Shown here one piece after another: positions 18,092 through 27,540 of a DNA stretch of 63,720 nt. The DNA comes from a virus (taxonomy: Duplodnaviria; Caudoviricetes): positions 1 through 63,720 of IMG/VR virus record IMGVR_UViG_3300050015_000317. One strand, given 5' to 3'. The number at the start of each line of letters is the position of its first letter. The first letter of the stretch is position 1. The position numbers were made by a program, and so were the translations under genes. A model generated the notes under the pieces. The model saw nothing but the letters and a program-made list of their open reading frames with translations, made no database searches and was not told the DNA's origin.

Positions 18092-18391
18092 ATGGATAGG
18101 AACTGCGAAACGTGTGGCCTCAATCCCCGCGACCTCGGACGCTGCTGTGAACATTACGATGTTGGCTGTACTGGCCGGTACGCGAAGTCCTACTGGAAGT
18201 CCAAGCCTGACGTAAAGCCTGTTGACGCTCTGGACATAGACCCAGTGCCGCCGCAGTCAGAACTAACGCTTCGTGAGACTAACATCTACTTCCGTGGCTG
18301 TCAGCTCTGGATTGACTCGGACAAAGGCGAGTCGTTGGTTCGTCGGTTCGAGGCCCATATGAAGCGGATGATGGCAAGAGACATGGCGTAA
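18092..18391 (+). CDS. Cys-rich hypothetical protein
   Basis: RBS GAGG; CETC...CC...C. Confidence 0.6.
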   Translation: MDRNCETCGLNPRDLGRCCEHYDVGCTGRYAKSYWKSKPDVKPVDALDIDPVPPQSELTLRETNIYFRGCQLWIDSDKGESLVRRFEAHMKRMMARDMA

Positions 18392-18394
18392 GCT

Positions 18395-18529
18395 ATGGAC
18401 GATCTTAGTATTCGCGCGCAGCAGAACCTTCACACTGGCACGGCTGGCGCAATGGGCGCGGCCCAGAAGCACCTCGCCGACATGCGTGCGATTGCTGCCA
18501 AGTTCTTGAAGGTGGAGTTGCCCAAGTAG
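18395..18529 (+). CDS. 44-aa hypothetical protein or gene fragment
   Basis: GTAGAMGAAQKHLADMRAIA looks like the C-terminus of a phage protein. Confidence 0.4.
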   Translation: MDDLSIRAQQNLHTGTAGAMGAAQKHLADMRAIAAKFLKVELPK

Positions 18530-18606
18530 ACCCCCATACTCCCCGCCCCCTAGTTGTTCTGAATCGCCCCCGGCTTTCCTAATGCTTCCCTGCCGCCTCT
18601 GATTCT

Positions 18607-18915
18607 ATGAGCAAAGGTTCCAGACGACGCCCGATGCAGATTCCGCGCGACCAGTTGGACGCAAACTGGGCGCTGGTGTTTGGGAATAAACAAGCCGCCC
18701 CAAAGGTTTCTGATTCTGAGACTGACTGTGAGCGCTGCAACGGTGCTGGTTGGCTCTGGCGACACGAGATTGATCCAGACGGCCATCACGAATCGGCTAT
18801 GGCGGGATACTCAGACGATACGCAGTACAGTTGCCCAGATTGCCACGGCAGCGGCAAACAAGTCGTCATTACCCGCGACTTCATGGGCCTAGGAAGCCTT
18901 GTAGTAAACCCCTGA
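18607..18915 (+). CDS. DnaJ-type zinc-finger-like small protein
   Basis: MSKGSRRRP N-terminus; CERCNGAG...CPDCHGSG. Confidence 0.7.
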   Translation: MSKGSRRRPMQIPRDQLDANWALVFGNKQAAPKVSDSETDCERCNGAGWLWRHEIDPDGHHESAMAGYSDDTQYSCPDCHGSGKQVVITRDFMGLGSLVVNP

Positions 18916-18919
18916 TTCT

Positions 18920-20743
18920 ATGAAATCCGATACTCTCGCCTCAAGACTCTGGCATACCATTCGCGGCAGCAAGGCCAAAATCCTTGACATGCGCCTGATG
19001 GTGATGAAAGCGAGGCCGGCCGATCGCGCCGCCCTGATGCAGACGTTCTCGCAGGGCGCGGATGGCCTGCTGTGCTGGTTGAACTTGTGCGGCTGGGTGT
19101 TCGAGCCTCGCAACCGTGAGCGGAAGTTACCCTTCATTACCTGGCCGATTCAGGACAGGGCCGCTGTTGGACTACACCGCGCAATCGGCGTGGGCAACGA
19201 CGTGGCAATCGACAAGTCCCGCGACATGGGCGCGTCGTGGCTGTGTCTGTCGGTCATGGACTGGTTCTGGCTGTTCGAGCGCGAGAGCCTGTTCAAGTTG
19301 GTCAGCCGAAACGAAGATTTGGTGGACAAGCCAGCCGACCCTGACACGTTGTTCTGGAAGTTGGACTTCCTGAACAACAATCTGCCGTCGTGGATGCAGC
19401 CGGGTGCCAAGGCTGGAAAAGATCGAACGCACATGCGACTGGTCAACCCCCGGAACGGGTCGATATTCACCGGCGAGTCCACGAATCAGGATGTAGGCAA
19501 GGGCGGTCGCCAACGCGCTATCCTGCTGGACGAGTTCGGGGCGGTGCTGAATGGAGGTGCGATTCTTTCCGCGACCAGCGATACCGCTCCATGCCGTATC
19601 TTCAACTCGACACCGAACGGATGGGGCAGTTTCGACGACAAGAAACAGTTGCGCGGCAACGCCTTTGCCGCCATACGATTCTCCAATGCCGTGCAGATTA
19701 TTTCCCTTCCGTGGTGGGAACACCCCGAAAAGGGCAAAGGCGCACACTTGGCACCCGACGCCAACGGCAAGATGAAGTGGACCTCGCCGTGGTACGAGAA
19801 AGAATGTGTCCGTCGCGCATCGCGTCGAGAGATTGCCGAAAACTTGGATATGGACTACTTGGGTTCTGGGTCCATGTTCTTCGATTCCGAAGTACTGACC
19901 AGGATTCGTGCCGCCTGCCGTCCTGCCGACAAACTGGGCGAATTGCGGTTTGACGTGCGAACCTACGTCGAGGGCCAGTCCTACCGCGTCGAGAAGATTC
20001 GCTTCGAGGAAACTGACCGGGGCCATTTGCAGTTGTGGTGTCCGTTGGCGCTTGACGACAAGGGCGAACTTCGTCCGCCCCAGGACCATACCTACGTCGG
20101 CTTCTGCGACATTTCCGCCGGCAACGGGGCGTCCAACAGTCGAATCACGATCTGCGACGTGGACCTGCGGGCATCGGTTGGCGCGTTCACCTGCCCCAAT
20201 ACGTCGCCAGAGCAGTTGGCGCGGACGGCTGTGGCCTTGTGCAAGTGGTTCCGTGGGCAGACCGGCTTCGTCTATCTCGGCTGGGAAGCGAACTTCGATG
20301 GCGGTCCGTTCGGCCGCGAGGTGCTGCGGCTGGGCTACTACTACGTGCTGGGCAACTCCAACCCGGCCTACGCCTGGAACCCCACCGATGGCAAGGTGGG
20401 CTGGTATTCAGGCCGCGAGAAGAAACGATACTTGCTGACCGATCTTCGTTCGGCCTGGGCGCGGGGTGAGTTGAACACGTTCGATTCCGCGACGGTGGAC
20501 GAGGCGGGCCAGTACACGACTTATTCAGGCGGCGGGATCGGGCCTTCAGGTCTGACCGAGGAAGATCAAGGCGCTCGGGCGGCACACGGCGACCGCGTGA
20601 TTGCCGAGGCGGGCTGCGTGATGATGCTCCGCGAGCAGGTTAAGTCCAGGCCGCCAGAGAAGGCGATTCCCAAGGGTTCCCCGGCCGCTCGTAAGCGGTG
20701 GTGGAGGCGGGAAAAGGCGAAGTCGCAAGAAGAAACATGGTAG
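18920..20743 (+). CDS. terL: Terminase large subunit
   Basis: Walker A DKSRDMGASW, Walker B ILLDEF, NSTPNG motif III, nuclease CDISAG and HGDRVIA. Confidence 0.92.
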   Translation: MKSDTLASRLWHTIRGSKAKILDMRLMVMKARPADRAALMQTFSQGADGLLCWLNLCGWVFEPRNRERKLPFITWPIQDRAAVGLHRAIGVGNDVAIDKSRDMGASWLCLSVMDWFWLFERESLFKLVSRNEDLVDKPADPDTLFWKLDFLNNNLPSWMQPGAKAGKDRTHMRLVNPRNGSIFTGESTNQDVGKGGRQRAILLDEFGAVLNGGAILSATSDTAPCRIFNSTPNGWGSFDDKKQLRGNAFAAIRFSNAVQIISLPWWEHPEKGKGAHLAPDANGKMKWTSPWYEKECVRRASRREIAENLDMDYLGSGSMFFDSEVLTRIRAACRPADKLGELRFDVRTYVEGQSYRVEKIRFEETDRGHLQLWCPLALDDKGELRPPQDHTYVGFCDISAGNGASNSRITICDVDLRASVGAFTCPNTSPEQLARTAVALCKWFRGQTGFVYLGWEANFDGGPFGREVLRLGYYYVLGNSNPAYAWNPTDGKVGWYSGREKKRYLLTDLRSAWARGELNTFDSATVDEAGQYTTYSGGGIGPSGLTEEDQGARAAHGDRVIAEAGCVMMLREQVKSRPPEKAIPKGSPAARKRWWRREKAKSQEETW

Positions 20744-20762
20744 GGGGCTGAAAGGACGCGAA

Positions 20763-21290
20763 ATGCCTGAATGGTTCCCGATTGTTCTAACTGTTTACAT
20801 GGTTGTGGCCCTCCTTGCTGGTTTGTGCGACCTGTTTGAGCATCGCAGTTTGCGGAAACAAAACGCCCTGCATCAACGTCGCGCAGAAGTCCACTGGAAA
20901 CTGCTTGTGGGCCACGCGAAATCAATCAAGGCTTCGCGTGACGCTGCGATTGATGACCGCAAGAACGTCCACGCGCACATCTACGCCGTGGCGCAAAGAC
21001 TTATCGAGGCCGAGAACAAGCGGTACGCCAAGGTCGCCGACGACGTGAATGAACTCCGCAAGAGTGTTGGCGCTGCCGACATCAAACTTGACGCCGACAA
21101 ACTCAACATCAACGCCCTTCGCCAGTCAGTCTGCGGGCTGGCTGGCAAGCACGAGTGGGTAGAGCGTGGGCGCGCCAATTGTCTTGGCACAGGCTACGCC
21201 GTGTTGCAGATATGCAGCTTGTGCGGGGCGCAGCGAACAATCCGCCAGAACGACAAGGCTCCTAAGAAGGCGAAGAAGCATGGCCGCTAA
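20763..21290 (+). CDS. Membrane-anchored coiled-coil protein
   Basis: N-terminal TM, coiled coil, C-terminal C/H zinc-like motif. Confidence 0.65.
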   Translation: MPEWFPIVLTVYMVVALLAGLCDLFEHRSLRKQNALHQRRAEVHWKLLVGHAKSIKASRDAAIDDRKNVHAHIYAVAQRLIEAENKRYAKVADDVNELRKSVGAADIKLDADKLNINALRQSVCGLAGKHEWVERGRANCLGTGYAVLQICSLCGAQRTIRQNDKAPKKAKKHGR

Positions 21291-21621
21291 ACTCCCCGTG
21301 ATCTGGGTTGTCGTCCACTACTTCGCACCCGAACACAAGGCGACGGCCGACAAACTGGGCGGCATCGTCGGCGCGAATCAGGTCAACTACGACGAGTCGA
21401 AGAAGTCGCAGCCGTTCATCGGGCACCTGATGATTCACGCTTCGTCTGTGGTGAACGGGATTCGCGTCACGGTCGATCGCGCCGTGTTGCTGGCCGATCT
21501 GGAGTCGTGCGCAAACTGGCTTTCTTATGGCGAGGCGCTAAGAAAACTTATCTGCGCCGGCCTGGCCGACCCCGTGATTGCGAACTGGCAGCGCCAACTA
21601 GCGGCGCGGATGGCGAACTGA
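21280..21621 (+). CDS. Hypothetical protein
   Basis: ATG overlapping the upstream gene end; GC3-rich codons. Confidence 0.6.
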   Translation: MAAKLPVIWVVVHYFAPEHKATADKLGGIVGANQVNYDESKKSQPFIGHLMIHASSVVNGIRVTVDRAVLLADLESCANWLSYGEALRKLICAGLADPVIANWQRQLAARMAN

Positions 21622-21866
21622 TGGAACATTGGTTTAACGCCTGGGGATTCGGCTGGTGCATTGCGATTACCGTATACGTACTGTTGTGGCTGATCCTCTG
21701 CATCCGTGCCCTTCGTCGAGAAAAGGCAAACTACTGGTTCCTGTGCCTTGGTGGACCCGACGTTGCAAGATATTGTGGACAGTGGCACTATCTCCGGCCG
21801 CGCGATCTTGGCCCTGACTATGACTACGTAGTTGAACCGGGGTGCGCACCAAGGACGGCGAACTGA
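21621..21866 (+). CDS. Small single-TM protein flanked by 14-bp repeats
   Basis: TGATG coupling at both ends; one hydrophobic helix. Confidence 0.6.
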   Translation: MEHWFNAWGFGWCIAITVYVLLWLILCIRALRREKANYWFLCLGGPDVARYCGQWHYLRPRDLGPDYDYVVEPGCAPRTAN

Positions 21867-22060
21867 TGGACGGGCTTCTGGAGTTGATTCGGGCGCGACG
21901 CGAGAAGGCGTTGCTGTCAATCTGGCGAAACTGCCTGCCGCAATTAGGGAACCAACGTCCCGACAACACGCTCACTCCGTTCGGCGACTTCGCGGAGCAG
22001 GACAGTGTTCGCTGTTTGCGAACTGCGAACGTCGCCGTGCAGAAACATGGCACACGCTGA
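21866..22060 (+). CDS. Hypothetical protein
   Basis: TGATG coupling. Confidence 0.55.
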   Translation: MDGLLELIRARREKALLSIWRNCLPQLGNQRPDNTLTPFGDFAEQDSVRCLRTANVAVQKHGTR

Positions 22061-22265
22061 AATCTGCCCGGTATGCAAGGGGCAAGCGATTCCGGGTAGC
22101 ACCTGCACTGGCTGTGGCGGGAAGGGCTGGGTGACGGTACAGGATGCTCCGACCGCGCCTTACTGGCCACCGCCACAACAACCCTATTGGAATCCACCGC
22201 AGCAGCCGACGCCGTTGATTCCGTACAATCCGAATCCTCCGTGGTGGCCCATAATCATCTGTTGA
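22047..22265 (+). CDS. Small zinc-finger, Pro-rich protein
   Basis: MAHAEICPVCKG...CTGCGGKGWV. Confidence 0.65.
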   Translation: MAHAEICPVCKGQAIPGSTCTGCGGKGWVTVQDAPTAPYWPPPQQPYWNPPQQPTPLIPYNPNPPWWPIIIC

Positions 22266-22288
22266 GCAAGCCGGGGGGCTTGTAAATC

Positions 22289-24046
22289 ATGGCTGAAATA
22301 GCCGCACCCAATATCAAGACTTCCAAGAACGACTCCGCCGTGCGCCTATCGCGGGCGATGCAGTCGGCACAGAAGAAGATTGCGCCCTTCCAAGAGAAGC
22401 GCATCGAGCAGGTGCGCCAGTTCGCGGGCCGAAACCACGGCGCGAATAAAGGTGCCCGCGATTTGCTGAATCTGCCGCTGTCCCTGGTCACGACCCTGCT
22501 TCCGCACCTGACGCTGGAACCGCGAGCGATGATCGTGCCGGTGTTCCCCGAGCGCGCTTCGTTCGCTGATAAGTTTGAATTGACCCTGAACCGCCGCCTG
22601 TCGCACATGGACATCGGCACGAGTTTCCGACTGGCCATCATCGACTCGATGTTCGGCCCCGGCATCCTCAAGACCGGGCTGGGCGAATCGGAGGCGGGCG
22701 AGTTCCGCGAGGCCGAGAACTACCGCCACGATCCCGGCCGCCCGTTCTGCGACCGCGTGGACTTCGACGACTATCTCGTGGACATGGACGCCAAATCGCG
22801 GGCGTCCGTCCAGTTCGAGGGCGACAAGTTCTCAATCCCCTACGAGTACGCGCAGGACTGCGGGCTGTACAACAAGAAGGTACTCGACCTGCTGAATCCG
22901 AACAATCGTGCGGTCAAGCAGAACGAGAAGGCTTCCGACACCGGAAAGGGCGATGCGGGCGCGGACAATGAGCGGTTCATCCCCGAACTGCCCTTGTGGT
23001 CTGTGTGGTTGCCGCGCCAGAAGATGATCGTCGTGGTGTCGGCCGATCCCGATGGTGGGCCGAAGGGTTATCTCCGCGAGGTCCAGTGGGAAGGCGACGA
23101 GAGCGGCCCCTACGACCTGATTAACTTGGTGGATTTCCCCGGCCAGATCATCCCGATCTCGCTGGTGGGTTCCGTGCTGGACCTGCACCGCGCCGCCAAC
23201 GCTGTCGGGCGCAAGATGATTAACCAGGCAACGCGCCAGAAGTCGTTGACCGTCTATGACAAAGTGGCCGAAGCTGACGCTGAAACCGTGCGAGACTCTA
23301 GCGACGGTGACGTGGTGGGCGTCAATAGCGTTGACCGCATCAAGGTTCTCGACCAGGGCGGCGTAGCGGATACCAACTACAAGGCGATGGGCTGGATCCT
23401 GGAGCAGTTCAACCAGCGCTCCGGCAACATGGACATCGTGGGCGGCTTGCAGGCGGGTTCTAAGACGCTGGGCCAGGACCAGATGATGCTCCAGGCTGCG
23501 GGCGGGCGCGTGTCCGATTGGCGCGGCCAGTGCCGCAAGGCGTGCAAGAGTGTCCTGCGTAAGATTGCTGGCTACCTATGGTCCGATCCCGTGTACCGAA
23601 CAAAACTGACGCTGGACGTGGGTGGCGTAGCGGTTCCTACCGAGTGGACGCCCGACGACCGCGAAGGCGAGTTCGAGTCTGACTACGACATCGACATCGT
23701 GCCTTACGGCTTCCAGAATGATTCGCCGGCCGAGCGCTATCAGCGGATGGAACGCCTAATTTCCAACACGATTGTCCCAATGATCCCGATCCTGGCGGCG
23801 CAGGGCCAGAGGATTGACGCGAAGCGGCTGATTGACTTCGCGGTGAAGAGCGCCGATCTGGCCGAACTCCGCAACCTGTTCTCGCCGGCCGCACCCGAAG
23901 TGGTGCAGGGCGCGACGATGAACGGAGCTTCACCCCCGGCCTTGCCCGGCGAGGCACCCCAGGCCATAGCGCCGCCGCCGAACACGCCGAACATGAACCC
24001 CCAGGAAGTACCCGGCCGTGCGCCGGTAGCAGGAGAAGTGCAATGA
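22289..24046 (+). CDS. Portal protein
   Basis: 585 aa, between terL and scaffold/capsid; helical portal-like character with Pro-rich tail. Confidence 0.8.
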   Translation: MAEIAAPNIKTSKNDSAVRLSRAMQSAQKKIAPFQEKRIEQVRQFAGRNHGANKGARDLLNLPLSLVTTLLPHLTLEPRAMIVPVFPERASFADKFELTLNRRLSHMDIGTSFRLAIIDSMFGPGILKTGLGESEAGEFREAENYRHDPGRPFCDRVDFDDYLVDMDAKSRASVQFEGDKFSIPYEYAQDCGLYNKKVLDLLNPNNRAVKQNEKASDTGKGDAGADNERFIPELPLWSVWLPRQKMIVVVSADPDGGPKGYLREVQWEGDESGPYDLINLVDFPGQIIPISLVGSVLDLHRAANAVGRKMINQATRQKSLTVYDKVAEADAETVRDSSDGDVVGVNSVDRIKVLDQGGVADTNYKAMGWILEQFNQRSGNMDIVGGLQAGSKTLGQDQMMLQAAGGRVSDWRGQCRKACKSVLRKIAGYLWSDPVYRTKLTLDVGGVAVPTEWTPDDREGEFESDYDIDIVPYGFQNDSPAERYQRMERLISNTIVPMIPILAAQGQRIDAKRLIDFAVKSADLAELRNLFSPAAPEVVQGATMNGASPPALPGEAPQAIAPPPNTPNMNPQEVPGRAPVAGEVQ

Positions 24047-24252
24047 CGGAGAAAGATCAACGAATACTCGATTGGATGGACAGCAGGGGGATGTTGGTAG
24101 AGGACTGCAATATCCGAATTCTCGTGGGGGGGTTGCCAGGCATAAAAAGCAAATCTGTTAGCGCCGGAACTCTGCTTGATGCAGTCCTAATTGGACTCGA
24201 CGATATGCGTCTATTGGTAGACAGGATGATTGAGGAGGCCAAGGCGCTGTGA
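24043..24252 (+). CDS. Small lower-GC hypothetical protein (moron-like)
   Basis: ATGA coupling, RBS AGGAG; AT-richer codons than the flanks. Confidence 0.6.
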   Translation: MTEKDQRILDWMDSRGMLVEDCNIRILVGGLPGIKSKSVSAGTLLDAVLIGLDDMRLLVDRMIEEAKAL

Positions 24253-24437
24253 AAAACAAGATGAAGTTAGGCATGGGCGGTCGATTCGCGGCACTCGTGT
24301 CCAAGTTGCAGAACGAGGGCAAGAGCGCGTCGCAAGCTGGCGGGATCGCAGCGATGGCTGGCCGCAAGAAGTTTGGTGCGAAGAAGATGAACCAATGGGC
24401 CAAGGCCGGTCACAAGCGCGCGGCCTTGAAAGGGTAA
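24249..24437 (+). CDS. Small basic protein
   Basis: LGMGGRF...AGRKKFGAKKM motif seen in phage head regions. Confidence 0.7.
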   Translation: MKNKMKLGMGGRFAALVSKLQNEGKSASQAGGIAAMAGRKKFGAKKMNQWAKAGHKRAALKG

Positions 24438-24446
24438 GGAACAACC

Positions 24447-24671
24447 ATGAGCAAGAAATCCTCTCCGGCAACGGTAGACATGGACGAAGAGTGGCGGGCT
24501 AAATCAGATGCCGACACGCTCGTTCAGGCCGAGGAAATTCGCGGCGACTCCAAGCGTCACGCTGCGGCCATGAAGTGTCTGAAGGGTCGCTCCAGCGCCA
24601 TGAAGATGGCGATGAGCAAGCCAAGCAAGAAGGACTTGCTGGACAAGATGGACCTAGGCGAGGGCGAGTAG
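24447..24671 (+). CDS. Small head-region protein
   Basis: WRAKSDADTLVQAEEI motif. Confidence 0.7.
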   Translation: MSKKSSPATVDMDEEWRAKSDADTLVQAEEIRGDSKRHAAAMKCLKGRSSAMKMAMSKPSKKDLLDKMDLGEGE

Positions 24672-25021
24672 TGGCCCCCGTTTATTCGTTTACCTGCGCC
24701 TGCGGCCACACGACCGACGACATCCGGCCCGTTGCCGACCGGGACGGGTCGATGCCATGCGAAGTCTGCGGCAAACTCGCCCTGCGCGACATCCAGGCGG
24801 AGGTCAGAACGTCGATGAGGTCCGGCGAATTGCCGGACTTCGTTTCCTCGTCCGCGGGCGTCCACCCCGACCAAGTGGCCGAGCACAACCGAAAGTATGG
24901 GCACTTGGGCGTGGCCGACGCGCAGGGCAACATCCACATCAAGCATGAGCCGGGACGGTCCACGTATTTCAAGTACCTCAAGGCGCGCGGGCTTCACAAT
25001 AGAGACGAGATTCGGGGCTGA
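24671..25021 (+). CDS. FmdB-like zinc-ribbon protein
   Basis: PVYSFTCACGH...CEVCG. Confidence 0.75.
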   Translation: MAPVYSFTCACGHTTDDIRPVADRDGSMPCEVCGKLALRDIQAEVRTSMRSGELPDFVSSSAGVHPDQVAEHNRKYGHLGVADAQGNIHIKHEPGRSTYFKYLKARGLHNRDEIRG

Positions 25022-25177
25022 CAATACAAGCGGCAGGGGTCTGGGACGCCAGGATGCCCCCGTGCTGGGGTTAGACCAGCAGCCGCACTTCGCAGTACCC
25101 AACGTGATTAACCGTCAGACCAGCGGGTCGCCGCGTGGCGACTTGCCCTGCACGGCACACACCGATAGGGGTTTCAC

Positions 25178-26287
25178 ATGACAGACGAAGTAGTTGTTGA
25201 TTCCGCATCGACTTCCAGCGGCCCGACGTTCGACCAGATGCTTTCCAACGTGAAGCAGACAGTCGCCGCCGAGCAGGCTAAGCCGGTTGTGGAAGGCAAG
25301 ACGGAAGATGTAGCGACCACGGAAGGCAAGGACGAGGTTGTGACGGCCCAGGACGAGGGAACTACCGAGAAACCGGCTCCCAAGCCCGACAGCAGCACGA
25401 CCGGATCGACGCTGACCGAGAAGCAGCGAGAGGTCGCTACGCAACTTGGAATGACCGATGACGACCTGGCCGCACTTGGGGACAGGGCCGGTAAGGCTCT
25501 TGATTCCGCAGGCAAGCGACTGGGCAAGGCCACGTCCAAGGCGGGGCGCGCCAAAGAGGAAGCCGACAAGCTAAAGGCCGATTACGAGGCCAAGCTCGCG
25601 GCACTTGAAAAGACGCCTCCCGCAAAGGCTGACGACGACGATCTGACAGCGGGCGAAAAGCCTGCCGATGACCTGGCGGCGCTGGCTAAGGAACTTGAAG
25701 GCGACGTGACCGAGGATGAGCTGATTGCCGAGGGCGGCGTCGCCAAGTTCAACGCTCTGCGCAGAGGCATTTTGGCCGCGCTCAAGAATGGTTCCGATCC
25801 GGCGATGGTGCAGGAAGTGGGTGCTCTCAAGGAGCAACTGACCGCACTGACCAACGAGCGGAAGGATGCCACCGAGCAACGCAAGGTCGCAGAGGTTTCC
25901 AAGTGGTTCAAAGACCTTGACCGCACGAAGTTCCCGGCGTTCAAGGACATTGACTACGACAAGGTGGATTTCGAGGACGGCGAATCGTCCGACCAGCGAG
26001 AGGCCATTGAGGAAGTGCTGAAGAATGCGGCGGCTCTGCAAAAGGCAGGGGCCGAACTCGGCAGCAAACTATCCCTCACCGGCGCGCTGGAACGTGCAGT
26101 ACGTTTGCTTTATTCCGATGACATTGAGAGGGCGGCCGAAGCGAGGGGCAAAGAGGCCGTGAAGAAGCGGGGGAGTCAGATCATTCCGTCACCCAGGGGC
26201 GCTCAGCAGGGCGGCAACGCAAAGTCGTCCGAAGAGGAAGCCTTGGATGCGGTGAGGGCCAAGCAAGCAGAGCTTGGCATCCGCTAG
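25178..26287 (+). CDS. Putative scaffolding protein
   Basis: Acidic/charged coiled-coil protein directly upstream of the capsid gene. Confidence 0.7.
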   Translation: MTDEVVVDSASTSSGPTFDQMLSNVKQTVAAEQAKPVVEGKTEDVATTEGKDEVVTAQDEGTTEKPAPKPDSSTTGSTLTEKQREVATQLGMTDDDLAALGDRAGKALDSAGKRLGKATSKAGRAKEEADKLKADYEAKLAALEKTPPAKADDDDLTAGEKPADDLAALAKELEGDVTEDELIAEGGVAKFNALRRGILAALKNGSDPAMVQEVGALKEQLTALTNERKDATEQRKVAEVSKWFKDLDRTKFPAFKDIDYDKVDFEDGESSDQREAIEEVLKNAAALQKAGAELGSKLSLTGALERAVRLLYSDDIERAAEARGKEAVKKRGSQIIPSPRGAQQGGNAKSSEEEALDAVRAKQAELGIR

Positions 26288-26343
26288 TTCACGTTTTCAA
26301 CCCGCGAAGAGGCTGACCTTTCGCACACTTGAAAGGACAGCAC

Positions 26344-27441
26344 ATGAGCGGCATCAATCTTTCCGGCGACCAGACCTTCGAACTGTGGGACGCTACTCGT
26401 AGCGCATACCCGTGGAAGGACAAGCTCGCCGAGCTTCTGAAGTACCAGTCCTATCCGTTTATGAGCCAGTGGGCGGGACCGGACCGGGTGACGTTCGATG
26501 GCGGCACGCAGATCACCTTCGACGTGATGCTGGGTGACAACGGCTCGGCCAAGATGGTCAAGCCCTACCAGACCACGGCGGTCAGCGTGACCGAGACCTT
26601 GGCGCAGATGAGCGCCCCGTGGCGTTCGGCGCAGGCCGAGTACTCCATCTCCACGGACGAGATCAGGCGGAACGCCGGCAACGACGTGAAGCTGGTCGAT
26701 CTGCGGAAGCTTCGCCGGCAGGGGGCCATGATGAGCATGGCGAACATGCTGGAGGAGAAGGCGTGGGCGGCACCGACCAGTTCCACCGACGACACGAATC
26801 CGTATGGCGTGCCGTACTGGATCGTGCCGATCACCGGCACGCAGGCCACCAGTGACCCGACCGGCGCTTTCCAGGGCAGCAATGCCAGCGGCTTCTCGAC
26901 CTGCGGCGGCATCGACGCCTCCGTGGCCGCGAACGCCCGTTGGCGCAACTGGAACGCGACGTGGAGCAACTCCAGCGGCGAGATCACCACGGCGGACGTG
27001 CTTCGCATGGGACGCATGCTGCGGCACCTGAACTTCAAGGCCCCAATGATGGCCAGCGCCTACGAGCCGGGCGGCGGGATCGACAATCTCCGTCTGTACG
27101 CCTGCGAGACGATCATCCAGAACCTGGAGAAGCTGGCGCGCAGCCAGAATGACCAGCTTGGCTCCGATGTCCTCAAGTACCAGAACATGACTCTGGTCAA
27201 GGGCATCCCGGTCGAGTGGGTTCCGGTTCTGGACGCCGACACGACCCTGCCGATGTACGCGATCAACCACGACCACTGGAAGGTGTTCGTGATGGAGGGC
27301 GAGTATTTCAACGAGACCACTCCTCCCGTTGACCGCGAGCTGCACCGCGTCATCACGACCTTCGTGGACCTGGATTACAACTTCATGGTCACGAATCGTC
27401 AGCGGGCGGGCGGCCTGATTTCCTACGTGGCGGGTACGTAG
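26344..27441 (+). CDS. Major capsid protein
   Basis: ~365 aa, RBS AAAGGA, strong codon bias, KGIPVEWVPVLD motif, position after the scaffold. Confidence 0.85.
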   Translation: MSGINLSGDQTFELWDATRSAYPWKDKLAELLKYQSYPFMSQWAGPDRVTFDGGTQITFDVMLGDNGSAKMVKPYQTTAVSVTETLAQMSAPWRSAQAEYSISTDEIRRNAGNDVKLVDLRKLRRQGAMMSMANMLEEKAWAAPTSSTDDTNPYGVPYWIVPITGTQATSDPTGAFQGSNASGFSTCGGIDASVAANARWRNWNATWSNSSGEITTADVLRMGRMLRHLNFKAPMMASAYEPGGGIDNLRLYACETIIQNLEKLARSQNDQLGSDVLKYQNMTLVKGIPVEWVPVLDADTTLPMYAINHDHWKVFVMEGEYFNETTPPVDRELHRVITTFVDLDYNFMVTNRQRAGGLISYVAGT

Positions 27442-27540
27442 TTACCGCGTAGTTCCTTGACTATTCGGGACTGACCGGGGCGAACCCAGAGGGGGAACGC
27501 CCCGGCATCCCAAACTTCCATTCCCAGAGGGGGAACGACC

